From positions 310,001 through 374,000 of the forward strand of contig JBODTK010000123.1 of the NCBI GenBank assembly GCA_050613775.1: DNA of 64,000 nucleotides, given 5' to 3'. This document shows positions 1-25,959 of this stretch, piece by piece; the stretch's first letter is position 1, and every line of letters begins with the position of its first letter. A program made the translations under genes and the position numbers. The notes under the pieces are model-generated. The model ran no database searches and was not told the DNA's origin. It worked only from the letters and a program-made list of their open reading frames with translations. This stretch comes from Neocallimastix sp. 'constans'. Lineage: Eukaryota.

Positions 1-7699
<7,699 letters not shown>

Positions 7700-8072
7700 T
7701 TTTTATCTTTATTCTATTTTAATTCTTATTGTAATAAAATTTATATATTAATATTATATTCAAAAAAAAAAAAAAAAAAAAAAAAAAATTATAGTTAAAA
7801 ATAAAAAAATTGATAATAGCGAATATCAGATTTTAATTATGCTGTATGCATAGTTTTGTGAAATTAAATAAATCTTACATTTTTTTTTTTTTTTATTTTA
7901 GAATAAAAAAATATTAAAAAATATGTATAAAATATTAATTTTTTAATATTTTAAATCTATAATACATATTCTTTGTAATTCAATAATACTTTTAACAAAA
8001 TTTTTTATTTTATTTTATTTTATTCTATTTTATTTTTGTTTAGAATAAATAAATAAATAAATAATAATAATG

Positions 8073-8112
<40 letters not shown>

Positions 8113-9248
8113 TTGTTGTATATATCTGAAAAAAAATTTTTTTTTGATTTTTTGTTTTTTGTTTTTTGTTTTGTATATTTTTTAAAACATTAAAATAATA
8201 AACTTTATATTTTTTAATTTATTCCATGAACTTTATTCTCACTCTTTTTTTTTTTTCTTTTTTTTTTTTTTTTACTAAGAGAAAAAATATATCATTATTT
8301 ATACGTAAATACATGTACATATAATTAATATTAATAATAAAAAATATTTATATAATATCTTGTTTTTTGTTTTTGCTTTTGTTTTTCTATTTTATTAATT
8401 AAAATAATGTTTAAATGTTACATTCAAATCTATTTAATTATAAAAAAAAAAGATATACTTTTTATTTATTTATTTATTTATTTATTTCTAATTTTAATTA
8501 ATAATAAAATATACTATTGAGATTATAAAATTTTAAATTTTATAAATTTAAAATTTAAAATAAATTTTATTAATTCCAACAGTAAACATAAATTTATTTT
8601 AATATTAATAAAAGGTTATATTTGTAATTATACAATTATTTTTTTTTAATTCTAATATTATCATTGACTTTATAAAATTTATAATAAAAAAAATATAATA
8701 AAAAAAATATATAAATAATTAGATTTTTTTTTACTTTATATATATATATTTATATCTTTTTCATTATATTTATTTTAGTAAAATATTTATTTGTTGATTA
8801 TTATTACTTTTACTAATAAAACTTTTAGCTTTAGGCGGAGTTTACCAGATTTTTTTTATTTTGAATAGAAAAATTGAAATTTTTTTGCTTTTAAAATTAA
8901 ATGGTTATGTTAAAATAACAAAATTAATTATTGTATAATAATTGATATAAATAGAGGTAAAAAAATTTTATTTTTTTTTGTAGAATATTTGATATTGAAA
9001 AAAAGAATTCATTTATAAAAAAGTGTTAAGTGGGTATTTATAAATAATCATTAAAATATTTAATTATAAACAAATTTTGAAAATAAATATAAAATGATTA
9101 AATAAAAAAAATATTAATAGAAAATTACACCGAAATATAATTATAAATTGATTAATAAGATCTAATTTTTCATTACATTATATAATTATATTCTTTATTT
9201 TTTAAATATACATTTAAATTAAAACAATTGATTTATATTATTATTATG

Positions 9249-9301
<53 letters not shown>

Positions 9302-9420
9302 CAATTTTTTTTTTATTTTATTTTTTTACTACTTTTTATATTTTTTGGATATAATATATATTATATAAAAATAATATAAATAATATATTTAATATATAAT
9401 TTTATTATTAAATTAGTAAA

Positions 9421-9769
9421 TTATAAAAGAAAATCTTCGATAGTTTTTAGTGATTCTTGAATTTGTTTTCTGTCACATATATATATATTATTATTTGTAA
9501 CATTAATACATTGTTTAATTAAACAAATATTAAATAATACAATATAAAATAATTTTAATTCTATATTTATATTAATTTTTAAAATTACACCTACATTTTT
9601 TCTGATAAATCATAAATTTTATCCATGTCTTTATTTAAAGTTTCACATAAGTTTATCATACGTTCTGTTTGTTCAACACTTTCCATTATTTCTTTATCAA
9701 TTTTTTTTGCGGTTGTATCTTGTACATGAATTGATTCTAATGTACTTTGACTCATCTTTTAATTAATTA

Positions 9770-9806
<37 letters not shown>

Positions 9807-10202
9807 ATATATATATATATATATATATGTATTGACTATTATTATTAATTAATTAATTAATTAATTAATTAATTATTAATTATTAATTATTAATTATTAA
9901 TTTTTAATTATTAATATTTATTTCGTTCTTTATCATTACTATTAACTTTTTTATGATACTGAAAAAAAATAATAATAATATATATTATTATTATTATTAT
10001 TAATTTTAATATAAACGCCTACAGTATTTAATTTATTCTGAAGTGAAGCAACCATTCTATGAATTTCGATAGCTATGTCTCCTGCATTTTTTTCAAGATT
10101 ATCAATTAAATTTAAATCAAATGGTATATTTTTACTAGAGGTTTTTTCTTTATAAATAGATGTTAATTCAAATTTACTATCTTTATTGGATTCGGCAGAC
10201 AT
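9421..10202 (-). CDS. BORCS6: BORC complex subunit 6 (lyspersin/C17orf59)-like coiled-coil protein
   Basis: Exons 10202-10023, 9755-9595 and 9469-9421 splice in frame: ...IDNLEKNAGDIAIEIHRMVASLQNKLNT|MSQSTLESIHVQDTTAKKIDKEIMESVEQTERMINLCETLNKDMDKIYDLSEKI|KQIQESLKTIEDFLL*. The pattern matches the BORCS6 C-terminal domain as I recall it. Confidence 0.7.
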
Positions 10203-10940
10203 TTGTTTTGTTTTGTTTTTTTATTATTATGAAGATGGCAATTATTAAAAAATATTGAAATTGAATTTCTATAAATTTATTTAAAAAATAAAAATTTAAT
10301 AAAAAGTAGACATATGAATAAATATTAATAAGAATAGTAAATATGAATTCATGTTTTTTATTTAAATAATTTAGTTGCTTTAATAATTATTCTATATTAA
10401 TTTATTTGATACTAATTTATTTGTTTTTATATAAATATTTCATTTTTATTATTAAAATATTTTATTTATTTCATATTTGTTTTTATTAATTATTTATATT
10501 TCTTTCTATTCAAATCGAACTTACGTACTAAATTATTTATTATTTATAAAAATATATACATAGTTCAACAAAAAGGAATTTTATATATAAGTAGAAATAA
10601 CATAAATAATATGAATATAATAAAAACTATTTCCTTTTTTTTTTTTTTCTAATTAATTTGTATTCTTTGAACTTTCAAAAATTAATATTTATTTATTTTT
10701 TAAAATACTATTTAATTATTTAATTATTTTTGTGTCGACCAATAAAAATTTATAATCATAATGAAATAAATTATTAATTATTTTTGTTTTTAAAAGAAAT
10801 ATATTAAATATTTTTTAAAATAGTTTTATAATAATAATTTTTTTTTTTTTAAAAAAATAAAAGAAAAGAAGGATGTAAGTAACTATTTAAATAGTTTTTA
10901 TATATTTACTTAAAATTGAAAGTTAATAATATTTGTGTTT

Positions 10941-14117
<3,177 letters not shown>

Positions 14118-15291
14118 ATAAAATTGAATTGAAAAGAAAATTAAAAAAAAAAAATGAATAAAGGAATAAATTTTATTATTATTTAGTTATACCTGATCTA
14201 GTAAACTCAATTTCCCTTTTTTTTTTTTTTTTTTGAAATTCTTTATTATTTTTCAAATTAAAATTAAAATAATAGTTTATATTATAATTAGTAAGCATTC
14301 ACTACTGAATTATTTAATAATTTAATAATATTTAGTTTTCTATATCAATAAATAATTATATATATATATATATAATATATATATAATTTCAATACAAATA
14401 TAATAAAATGATAAAAATAATAATATATATATATATTTAAGTTTAATTTTGTTTTGTCATATATATATTTTTTTTATTTATTTTATTATATTATTATTTA
14501 TTTTTTATTTTATTTTATTTTTTTTTCTTAAACTTTTATTCTTTGTTAAGTTTGAGAGTTATTTTTTATTTTATTTTATTTTATTTTTTTTTTTTTTTTG
14601 ATTATTTAATAGATTTTAATTTTTAAATTAAATCTTAACCTTTTTCAATTTAATTTATATTTTAATAAAAAATTAAAAAAAAAAAAAATAAAAATAAAAA
14701 TAAAAATAAAAATTCACTAAATAAAAATAATATTTATTATTCAATTAATAAATAAAATTATAGATATAAATGTATTATTGTTAATATCTTATGTTTTTTT
14801 CCTCTTTTATGATAAGATATAAACATTAAATACTTTATTTCACTTAGAAAAAAAACAAATAATAATAATAATATAATAATAAGAATTAATAATAAATAAA
14901 TAAATAAGAAAAAAAAACAAATAATAATAATAATATAATAATAAGAATTAATAATAAATAAATAAATAAATTAATAAATTAATAAATAGAATTTTTTTTA
15001 CAGCTATAATTATTGCGAAATAGAAAATAAAAAAATATTTTTTATTTTCATTGTAAAAAAATTTTTTATAGATATAAAATTATATATATATAAATTTATA
15101 ATAATTAAAATTAAAACATTAATTTTATATTTTTATATAAATAATATATTATGAAATAATAATAAATAAAAATAAAATAATTTATGATTATATTATGTAT
15201 TAATTTATTTAAATATATATATGTATTTTTTTTTTTTTTTTTATTATTTCGGTTTGGAATATCTTTGTTTTAATTATAAAACATTTGATAG

Positions 15292-15347
<56 letters not shown>

Positions 15348-15602
15348 TATATGATAGAAATTATTTGAATTCTAAATATCTTTTCTTTAATTATAACATA
15401 TATGATAGAACTATTTAAATTTTAAATATTTTTTTTTTTATTTTTTATTTTAATTTAAATATAATATATATGATAAAAAATTATTTAAAATTTAAATATC
15501 GTTAGATAAATTTTATAAATATATATATATTTTTTATTATTAATATTAATATTAATATTATTATTATTATTATTATGAGTAATGAAAATAATTATTTATG
15601 TT

Positions 15603-15644
<42 letters not shown>

Positions 15645-15662
15645 CACTTCAATGTAAAGTAA

Positions 15663-18600
15663 CTAGTTTTTTTGGTTAAGAATAAACATAGAATGACGAT
15701 TAAAAAGTTGTCGTTTTCTACGTTCAGCTTCTGGAATAACATGTTTTGGAATTTTTTCATCTTCATTTTCATCATCATCATCATCATCATCCTCTTTTTC
15801 TTGAGGAGAGAATTCACTATAACTAAAAGCAAATCCTGTATTAGAAAATTCAGCTTTTGTTTTTGTATCAAAGATAGACATTCCTTTATATAAGGCATAT
15901 CTATTTGAAAATGCTGGAGCAGATTTTGCTTTCTTTAATGGTATAATATCACGATCATTAGAATTAGAAGATTTTCGAGAAATATTGGTTAGACCAACAG
16001 TAGGTTCATTATGATTCTCTATCATCACAGAATTCTCAACTGGAGGATAATTTATATTGAAATGTTCCATTTCCTTAACAATAATTAAGTCTGATGGACA
16101 GAATAAAGACTTCGCGAATCGAATTATTATATAGGGTAACACACATAACATGACAGCAATTAATAAACCAAACCAAAATGAAGGTAGTTTAAATAGGCAA
16201 TAGAGATCAGGGGTTTCAGAGTCGAAGCCTTTGGCTACCGGGATGTAAAGGAAGAAACTAATTATTTCAATAACAATAATAGTAGTACCAAGGATATCCC
16301 AGGAATGCATGTACATTAAAGCTGTAATATTTGCAACCACAATACCATAACAAGCAATAATGTTACCAATTAACTTTTTATCATCATCATAACCGATAGG
16401 AAGGGCACCTTTTAGAGTCATACAGAATGGAATAATGAAACTGATAATAGAAAGATAGACGGCATTCAATACAAAAAGTAAGAAACGTTTACCAGTAAAA
16501 AGGGTTTGCTTCTCTTTCGTTGAAGCATAGATTTGTGGAATTTTTAAAGCCGTTTTAGCCTTAACATCTTGATCTAATATTCCGATTACGCACACTGGAA
16601 GTACGGTAAATATAAGATTATAGTACATCCAAAGTGGGTAATCAAATATCATGGTGGCAGAAAAACCATTGACGATTTGGAAATAGAACATAATAAAGGT
16701 CCAAACCATATTTTTAAAGAAAAAGTTTAATACACAATTAGCAATACGAAGATACGACCAACGACCATGAACCAATAATAATTTCTTTAAGAATCTAAAT
16801 TGACCAATAACATAATCACTAGACATAGCTGCTTGCATACCTTCTTCACCGGCAATACCAACACCAACATTTGCTTCTTGAATCATACTGACATCATTAG
16901 CACCATCACCAATACTAAGACACATGGCCTTTAAATTACTCTTAATTAGTTTTACAACTTCAGCTTTCTGCTTTGGTGCCACACGACAACATATCACGGC
17001 ATCACATTTAATACCAATGTTCAGGAATATCGATTTATATTTTTCATTATCAAATGTACTTCGAAGAGCTAAGCCTTCAATAATCATACCAAAACTACCT
17101 TCTTTTAATATTTGATTCATAGCAGTCAATAACTGTTCTTCAATCTCCTTTGGATTATCAGAACTACGAATCATTAATAAACGCATATTCTTTTTCAAGA
17201 GATTGCAGGCATAACCAATATTGACAGCAGTTTCGAATTTATCTCCTGTTAATACCCAAACCTTAATACCAGCAGCTAATAAGGTATCAATACAATCAGG
17301 TACACCATCTTGAAGACGATCTTCAATGGCAGTAGCACCAATTAAAGTAAAATCTTTTTCAATAATTTCCGCAACTTTACTCATTTTCTCCTCACGATCT
17401 GTCATAGCCTTAGAGGCTTCTATATATTGTTCATTCCAGATATGATACTCTTCCTGAGAAATATTACGGTAGGCAATACAAAGAGTACGTAAACCTTCAT
17501 TGGCAAAATCTTCTAAATGATTAAGGGTAACTTTGGAAATATCATCTTTTTCCATTAAACGTTCATAAATAATATTATCAGCCCCTTTACAAAAAAGAAT
17601 TATATCATCGTTACGAGTATCTTTTACGATTATTGACATTCTCTTTCTAGTACTGTTAAATTCAATGATGTTTAAAATTTGATAGACCATTTCTTCACCT
17701 TGAATGTTTAAATAGATTTGATTGGTATCACGACCAGTAAAAATAAAACCTAAGTCTTTAGCTGTACTTACTAAGGACAGTTCATCTGGAGATTCAGCGC
17801 CATATACAAAATTGCTAGGATCCTTTGACTTTGGCGATAAGACAGTATGACAAATAGCAATATGAGTGAAAAATTGTTTAATTCTTTCAGATTGATCATT
17901 ATTTCGTTCTAAATCCTCGAAAAGCGTATCATCAATGAATGGAAGTCCCATTTTTGTATTTAAATAAGGATTATTGTAAACTTTTTTCATTTGTTCTCTC
18001 ATTTTGGTTTCAATTTCGACTTCCTTGGCATGAACAACTTCGATATCTTTACCTTGTAAAGAAACGTCGGTTCCTTTAATACCATAGACTTTACCATTAA
18101 TACTGCAACGACGAAACTCCATTTTATTTTGAGTTAATGTACCTGTTTTATCAGAAAAAATATATTCTATTTGACCTAAATCATCAGAAATAGTCCATGT
18201 TTTAACGAGACAAGCTTCATCATGAGGTTCATAATACATATCTTCATCGCCTGATATCCAAAATGTATGAATCATTTTTATTATTTCAATAGTAACATAT
18301 AATGAAATTGGAATGATAGTTTGTAATAGAATAACAGCATTACCAAGTGCATAAACCATTGATTTTAAAGAAGAATTATTATAATTGATCCATGGAACAT
18401 TACGTTCCTGCCAATTATTAAAGACGAAATAATGAACTATCGAGGTAATTATAGATAATGCAAAAAGAATAACAAAATTAAAGACTACTTGAGGATTCAT
18501 TGTTTTTTCAATTTTACTTCTTTTGGAAGGAGTTTTACCGGAACCTAAAATAACCTTTGTATCACATCCTGTATAAATGACAACACCGATAACCCAATCC

Positions 18601-20263
18601 GTATTTCTTAAGATAGAGCCACGCAATAATATATTATTTACATTTAATGGAATAGATTTTTCTCCTTCTGGATAAATAATTTCTTCACCATTATTCTTTT
18701 GGGATTGTGGTTCCTTTGCTGGAATAGTTAAAACTCCAGTAAAACGTTGTAATTCAGGAGTTGGTTTTCCAGCATCAATAAAGCCTTTGAATTGTTTAGC
18801 TTCATCAACTGAAGATATATAAGCTGTTTCTTCAGGACCTTTTCTAATCTTTAAACTAGTTTCACCATCTAAGCTTTTTGTTTCTATATAGCATATATTA
18901 TCTTTCTCACATGTTGAAAGAACAATCATATCGGCTGGAATCATTTCATTATTTCTAATACAAATAATATCACCAACTCTTACATACTTCCATAAAGTTT
19001 TACGCCATCCTTCATTGGTACCATTATCTAAAGGAATGGATTCTTTACCAATAATTGAAGCTATATTTAAAGCAGATGGTTTGGATTGTTTATAACGTTT
19101 CATTCTTCTTACTTTCGGTTGATAGTGTTTACGGAAATACCAATATATTGTTGAAAAAATATAATTCTTCCATGATAAATTCACAGATGGATAATTTAGA
19201 TTATCCCAATTTTCAGGAATATAAGTAATTGAATTATTTAATTCAGTATCCATTTGATGACGTTTTAAATCTTCATAACCATCTTTTAATGCAGTCACAA
19301 GCATTACACCAGCCAATGGTATAATAGCCCATATTGGATCCATTTCCTTTTTAATAAGATATTAACAAATACATTTTAAAAAATTAATTAATATGAAATA
19401 TATATTTATATATATATAATCAAAATAAGAAATAATTTTTATTATATAAAAATAATATATAATATTTAAAATATTTAATATTTATTAATTATAATTTTAA
19501 AGTTTTAAATTATCTTAATTTTGCATTTTATTAATACCTGAAATACTGGTATAAATTGAAATATAATTAAAAAAATAAAGAATACTGATAAATATTAAAA
19601 AAAATATATATAATAAAGTTAATATTATTATGTTTAACCTTTAAAATTATTTTAAAAAGGATTATTAATTTAAATAAATAAAATAATAATAAGAATAATG
19701 ATAAGAAATAACGTTATATTGGATTAAAAGCACTTTAAACTATAACTATTTTTAAGGTTTTTATTTTTAAAGTTTTTAAACTATTTTATGTATCAGTTAT
19801 GTACTAATAAATTTTATTTCCTTTTTTTTTAAATTATATCAAGGAAAAATACATTGAATCCACATTAAATAATTCTGATGTATAAGCATGAAAAGTTTTC
19901 TTTAATTTTGTGTATAATTATTTTCTTAAAATTTACTTTAATTTATTATAATAAAAAATTAATGTTTATGTGAAAATTAAATTTTTGTATAACAAACAAG
20001 TTATTTCTTAATTTTATCATTATTATCATAATCATTATTATTATATTATTATTCCATAATTAACAATTAAAACATTAATAATTACAATTAGCTACTCTTC
20101 TGCATTGTTCGTATAAATTTTTTGGTAAAAAGTTTATTAAAGTATATTTCGAAGTTTTTATCTTATTTTTTGGATATGAAAAAAGTTGTGCCCCGAATTT
20201 ATCCACCATCGAAGGTGGAAGTTGAGTATTTACAAAAACTCTTCTTTCTACACCAACTGTCAT
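15663..20263 (-). CDS. P4-type ATPase phospholipid flippase (Dnf1/Dnf2/ATP8-like)
   Basis: Exons 20263-20086 ([21 protein letters not shown]), 19584-19538 ([16 protein letters not shown]) and 19346-15663. Motifs [70 protein letters not shown]. Confidence 0.96.
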
Positions 20264-21618
20264 TTTTACTAATTATTTAATTTTATTAATACTTTAAAAA
20301 ATGTTTAGTGATAGATTATTATAATATATGATTTGTTGAATTAATTTTAAATTATTCCTTAAAAATTAAGAATTAAGAATTAAATAATTTATAATATATA
20401 AATTTTTTCTGGATATTAAATAACATTTAATGTGAATTTTGGAATATTTACTTATAAGGATTTTTATATATAAATACATAATATTTAATATAAAAAAATA
20501 ATATATATAATAAATAAATAAATTAAAAAAAAATAGTTAGTACTATTAAGTCTTATTTTAATATATTAAAGAATATAATACATATCAAAATTTAATTGTT
20601 CAAATATACATTATATTATATTCCATACATTATAAAAAAAATTAAAAAAAAAATATTATTTTTCATTAACTTTTTTACTATTTATTAAAATAATACTAAT
20701 ACTAATATATCTTAAATAAAATATTTCATATTATTAACATTAAGAACTATTATTTTTAAAAACAATTAATATTTTTTTTCTTTATTTTTTTTTATGAACA
20801 TACAAATAATTATTTTCCTTTAAATATTTAAAAATTATGTATTAAGGTAGTATTTTAAATTTTTATTAATTAATTAAATATTTGCTCTAAATATTGAATA
20901 GTATAACTTTAATTTCAATTAACTTTTCTATTGTTATATAATTGTAAAACTTGTTCAAAAAATATTAAACAGAAGAAAAAAAAAAAGCTTAAAAAATTTC
21001 TAAAACTATATTTATAATACAAATACAAATTTTGAAATTAAAATATCAGTATAACATTTACTAAATTTTTTTTTTTTTTCTTTTTGTATATATATAAATT
21101 CTATTTTTAAGCAAAAGTATTTTTGATATTTTTTGATATTTATCGCTATCTTAATAATGTGTGTATAAATTTGATTATTTGTATTATCGAAATGTATTGA
21201 ACATTAAAAAAGTAATGAATTCCATTCTTTATATTATTTCATTACAATTCAAATTTTAAATAAATATATAAATATAAATATTAATATATAATTATATATA
21301 AAATATATTTTAAATAAAAAAAAAATACTTTTTTAATATCTGAATATTACTAGTGCTTTTCTCTTATATTTATTTTATAAAGCATTAATAATTCCTTTTT
21401 ATTCTTTTTAATATTAATAATAACTGATTTTTAATATACAAAAATTAACTTTTTGTATATTATTAATATTTTGTAATTACTTTATAATAAAAATATGTTA
21501 TTCTCTTATATAATACATTGACTATTAATCAATAATAAATTTAGATTTATTTAGATATGAAATATTATATTAATCTATTCTATTCTATTCTATTATTATT
21601 TTTTCTTTTTTTAATTTT

Positions 21619-21661
<43 letters not shown>

Positions 21662-23489
21662 ACATACATACATACATATTAATAATTTTTTTAATATATT
21701 TAAAATAATTTATTAAATTTTTATGATTAAATTTACTAAATATTAAAATATATAATAAAATATAGTATATATAATCTAAAAAAAAAAAAAATTATTTTTA
21801 TATATAATTATAAATACTTATTTATTAAATAAAACACTATAATAAAATTATATTTTTTAATATATTTCTTAAATAAAATAATAAAATATAAAACCTTTTA
21901 AAAATTAACCATAAAATTATTTTTCATTAATTGAACTCTATATCTATATACAAAACTTTCATTCTTATTAATTTATAATTAAATAATATTTATATAGATT
22001 ATTATGCCTTTAAATTAATATAATTATATACTATATACTATATAATTTATTATATATTTCTCTTATTAATGATTATAGTATTTTTTCTAAATAATAATTA
22101 TCATAAATATTGTATGAATTATTACAAAAAAAAATATTACATGTGATAGTAGATGCCTTTTAATATTAAAATTAATAGTAATCAAATATAACAAATAATT
22201 TATGATCTCATTAATTCCTTTTTTTTTTATAAGATCATTCTATATATTGCAATAGTTTATTATTTCTAACAAAAAATTATTAATTATAAATTAAAAGAAA
22301 AAGGTTATAAAAATGTATTATAAATACTAATACGTTAACTAAAAAAAGAAAAGAAAAAAAAGTATTAAAAAGTATTAAAAAGTATTAAAAGTAAATTATT
22401 ATAGATATCATAGAGAGACTCACTTTTTATTTCAGTTATTAACTTTCGTAAATAATTAATTTAAATTTTTAATTGTGATATATATATTTTTAAATATTTT
22501 ATGCTTAATTTTTTTTTTACATGATGATTGTTAACCTTTTGCATTATTCATAGTAACGATTTAGAAATAATAAATATATATTTTAATATAAAGCTGTTAT
22601 TTATTTTTTAATAATACCATTAATTGTGAAGAAATCAATTATATATTTTATTATAAAAATAGTAATTGTATAGTAGTAATATATCTAAACAGAACATGCA
22701 CAAAAAAATATACATAATTCATTTTTTATTTATATATCTATATATCTATTTATCTATTTATTTATCTATTTATTTATCTATTTATTTAATTTAAAAAATT
22801 TATATAAAAACATTCATATAATTATATAATTTTATTTTAATTTTAATTAAAAATTATTAAATGATATATGAAATTATATATTTTATATAATCATATTATT
22901 ATATTATTATATATTCCTTAATAATATTAATTTCAATTTGTTTATATTTAATATTTATATTATTATAATAATTATACTTTAAATAAAAAATTAAACTTTA
23001 ATTATTAATAAATTAGATTAAAAGTTTAAAGATATTCTTTTTTTTTTTTTTTTTTTTTTTTAATTGAAATTAAATTTTTACTTTACTAAATGGAAAATTT
23101 TTAATCTATTTTTATTCTAATATATTAGAAATAATAAAAAAAAGATGGCTCTCAAATTATCTCATATATATTGAAATGTATTTGAAATATATTAAAATTC
23201 TTTGGTTCATAATATTCATTATATATATTTTACATTATATAAAATAAAAAAAAATTTTTTTTAAAAATCGAAATTAATATTAAATATTATTTTTATTCAT
23301 AATTGAAAGATTTATTAGAATAAAATATAATTACTAATAAAAAATTTATATTACTAAGATTTAAATAACATATTAATGTAACAATACATATAATAATAAA
23401 TATGTTAGTATAAAAGAAATTGAAAAATGTATTAATAAATTATTGAAATTATCTTTTTTTAATTTAATTAATAGAAATATAATAAATCA

Positions 23490-25950
23490 AATTTGTATCA
23501 AAAATCAATCACTTAATCTTTAAGTGATTGAGTCTCAACTTTTACAAGCATTATTATCAATAAAACGAACAAAATTAAAATGACCACTGAATACATGATT
23601 GCAAATAGTAGACATCCTCTTAATGGTGAAAATTTTAGCTCCTAGAAAATAAGAATAATTAGTATTCTTACTTCCTTGGGATTAAAATATTAACCCATCT
23701 AAAATGTATCTACTAATAGTATTATTGACCAAGAAAAAATTAAAAAGATCAAGAAAATGCAATTGTATTATTAATTATGCACAATAACATAGAAGATTAA
23801 GTTCAGTTAGTCATAGATATTAACTCCACCCATGATGAAAATCTAAAAGTACTATATGAACAAGATGAAGATGTAACCCTCCAAGTGGAGGAATAAGTTA
23901 AAAGACTAGAAGTTAAAAACCATAGGGATACACTTGATATTACCAGTAAAGTGATGATAATATTCAAGAAAATGAAGAATAAAATTTTACCAATCATTGA
24001 ACAAGAAAAAATTGACTACATACTTGGAGATATGCCTAAGGATCTCAAAATAATATTTATTTCAGGAAAAACAGATACCTCCGAAAATCTTAACGAAGAC
24101 ATGAAAAAATAAATACAAAATATTATATTATGTTGGAAGAAACAAAAAAAACAAAAAAATAATTATAATAAAGAAGCCAAAGACATAACGGACATAGATC
24201 TTGTCAATAATATTTTAGGTATAAGCAAAAATCCCAATCATCATAAAACTAAAAGATATTGTCACATATACAATAAAAATAAACATAATACAGAGAATTA
24301 TTATTACAACAAAATGAATAAATAAATAAATAAATAAATAAATAAAAAAAAAAAAAAAAAAAAAAAAAAGTTCAATTATAGAAGAAAAAATTATTCAAAT
24401 AAAAGAAATATATTGAATACATTAACAGTGATAACAAAGATGAAATTTATTCAAGCTCAAACGAAAATTGACCTTTATATCAACAATATAAAAAAAGATG
24501 ATAATATAAATTTTATAAATAATAATTACATATATTGGATTTACAATACAGGAGCAGCAAAACATATTACCAATATTAAAAATATATTAAAAAATTTTTA
24601 TAAATATGAAAATAATGTTAAAATGTGCTAATAATATAATAATATATGAATTTCAAGGATATGGCAGATACTAAGGTAAAATCAGTAATCACGATAACAA
24701 ATTAAATAATGTTTGGTATTCAAATAAGATAGCAATGAATTTAATCAGCAAGATAAAGTTAGGTAAATCTGGAATAATATGTAAAATTAATAAGGAAAGT
24801 AACATACCATAACTTGAAATAAAGAATATTGGGAAATGAATAATTTAAAACTTATGTGAATAAACATAATAATTTCAAAGTTAAGACATTGAATTAATTC
24901 TAATCTAAAATAAATAAAATAAATGAAATTAATTGTGTCAACAAAAATTTTTACTAATAAAATTTAGCATATCAGCCTAGAACATTATTACAATGAAAAT
25001 TTAGAAATACATTTAAAGTTACATAAAATCAATTCAAATGAGTGTAAAGAATGTAAATTATCAAAATTAAATTAAAAGCCTCAATATGATATCATGCTTA
25101 AACCTACTTGGAAAAAGTAATTTATTTAATCAGATAAAATGAGACCAATTGGTGAATCATTAAACAAAAAATAAATATTTTAACTTTTATTGACGATTAC
25201 TTCAGAAAACAATAGTTATTCAATTTAAAATCTAATTCATAAGCTGTTAAAGTTGTCAAAAAATTTCACAAAATTATTAATAGTCATAACCCAAAAAATA
25301 GTCATAACTCAAAAAACTCATAATCATAACAAATCAAAGTTTTAAATTAATTCAAGAAAAGACATTCATTTAGGATTTGATAACAAAACTCATAGTTCTA
25401 TTATTATAAATTTTGATAATTATTTAATTTACTTTGTTAGAGAAGCATATTTATTAGAAGAAAATCCTGGTAATCTAAAAATCAATACTAGCATAATTAG
25501 TGGCAGCAGTGATTCCAAAAATAACTTTGTCAATTTTGGTACGTTGGATAACAGAACATCAAAATAACAGCAAGGTGCTTTTGAACTCTATAATCTCTAT
25601 CTTGGATAAGATTTAATAAACTCAAAATGACAGAATTGTATACGGCAGCTCTCATAATTTTAGTAAGAATATCAAATGATGAAAGCATCAAAACAAATAC
25701 AATAGAAAATTGCATTAATAATAATAATGTGTTAATAATAACAACTTAAACAATGTTGGTAGCCTCGAATTTAATAATATAATTAATAATATAGAAAAAA
25801 AAACAATACTAATATCAATTTATACAATATCAAAAATTAAAGACACATCTCACCAATATCTGAAAATGTAAACAAACGTAAAAAAACAATGAAGCTGAAT
25901 TTATTAACACTATAGAATTAACTAGAAAAATTTTAAGGTTAAATAATATA
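23490..25950 (+). mobile_element. Decayed Ty1/copia LTR retrotransposon: gag, protease and integrase remnants, no RT found
   Basis: ATG at 23580 then LNGENFSS*K (copia gag N-terminus); decayed CCHC knuckle CHIYNKNKHNTENY at ~24260; protease WIYNTGAAKHIT (WIxDSGAxxH) at ~24536; pre-integrase *HISLEH...ECKECKLSK; integrase SDKMRP...LTFIDDYFRKQ*; C-terminal LGFDN...VREAYLLEE. Many stops and frameshifts. Confidence 0.85.
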
Positions 25951-25959
25951 ATATTTGAA

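Noticed and set aside
8215..8235. TTCCATGAAC as an RFX X-box upstream of the dynein gene
   Set aside because: Only a partial match to GTTNCCATGGNAAC.
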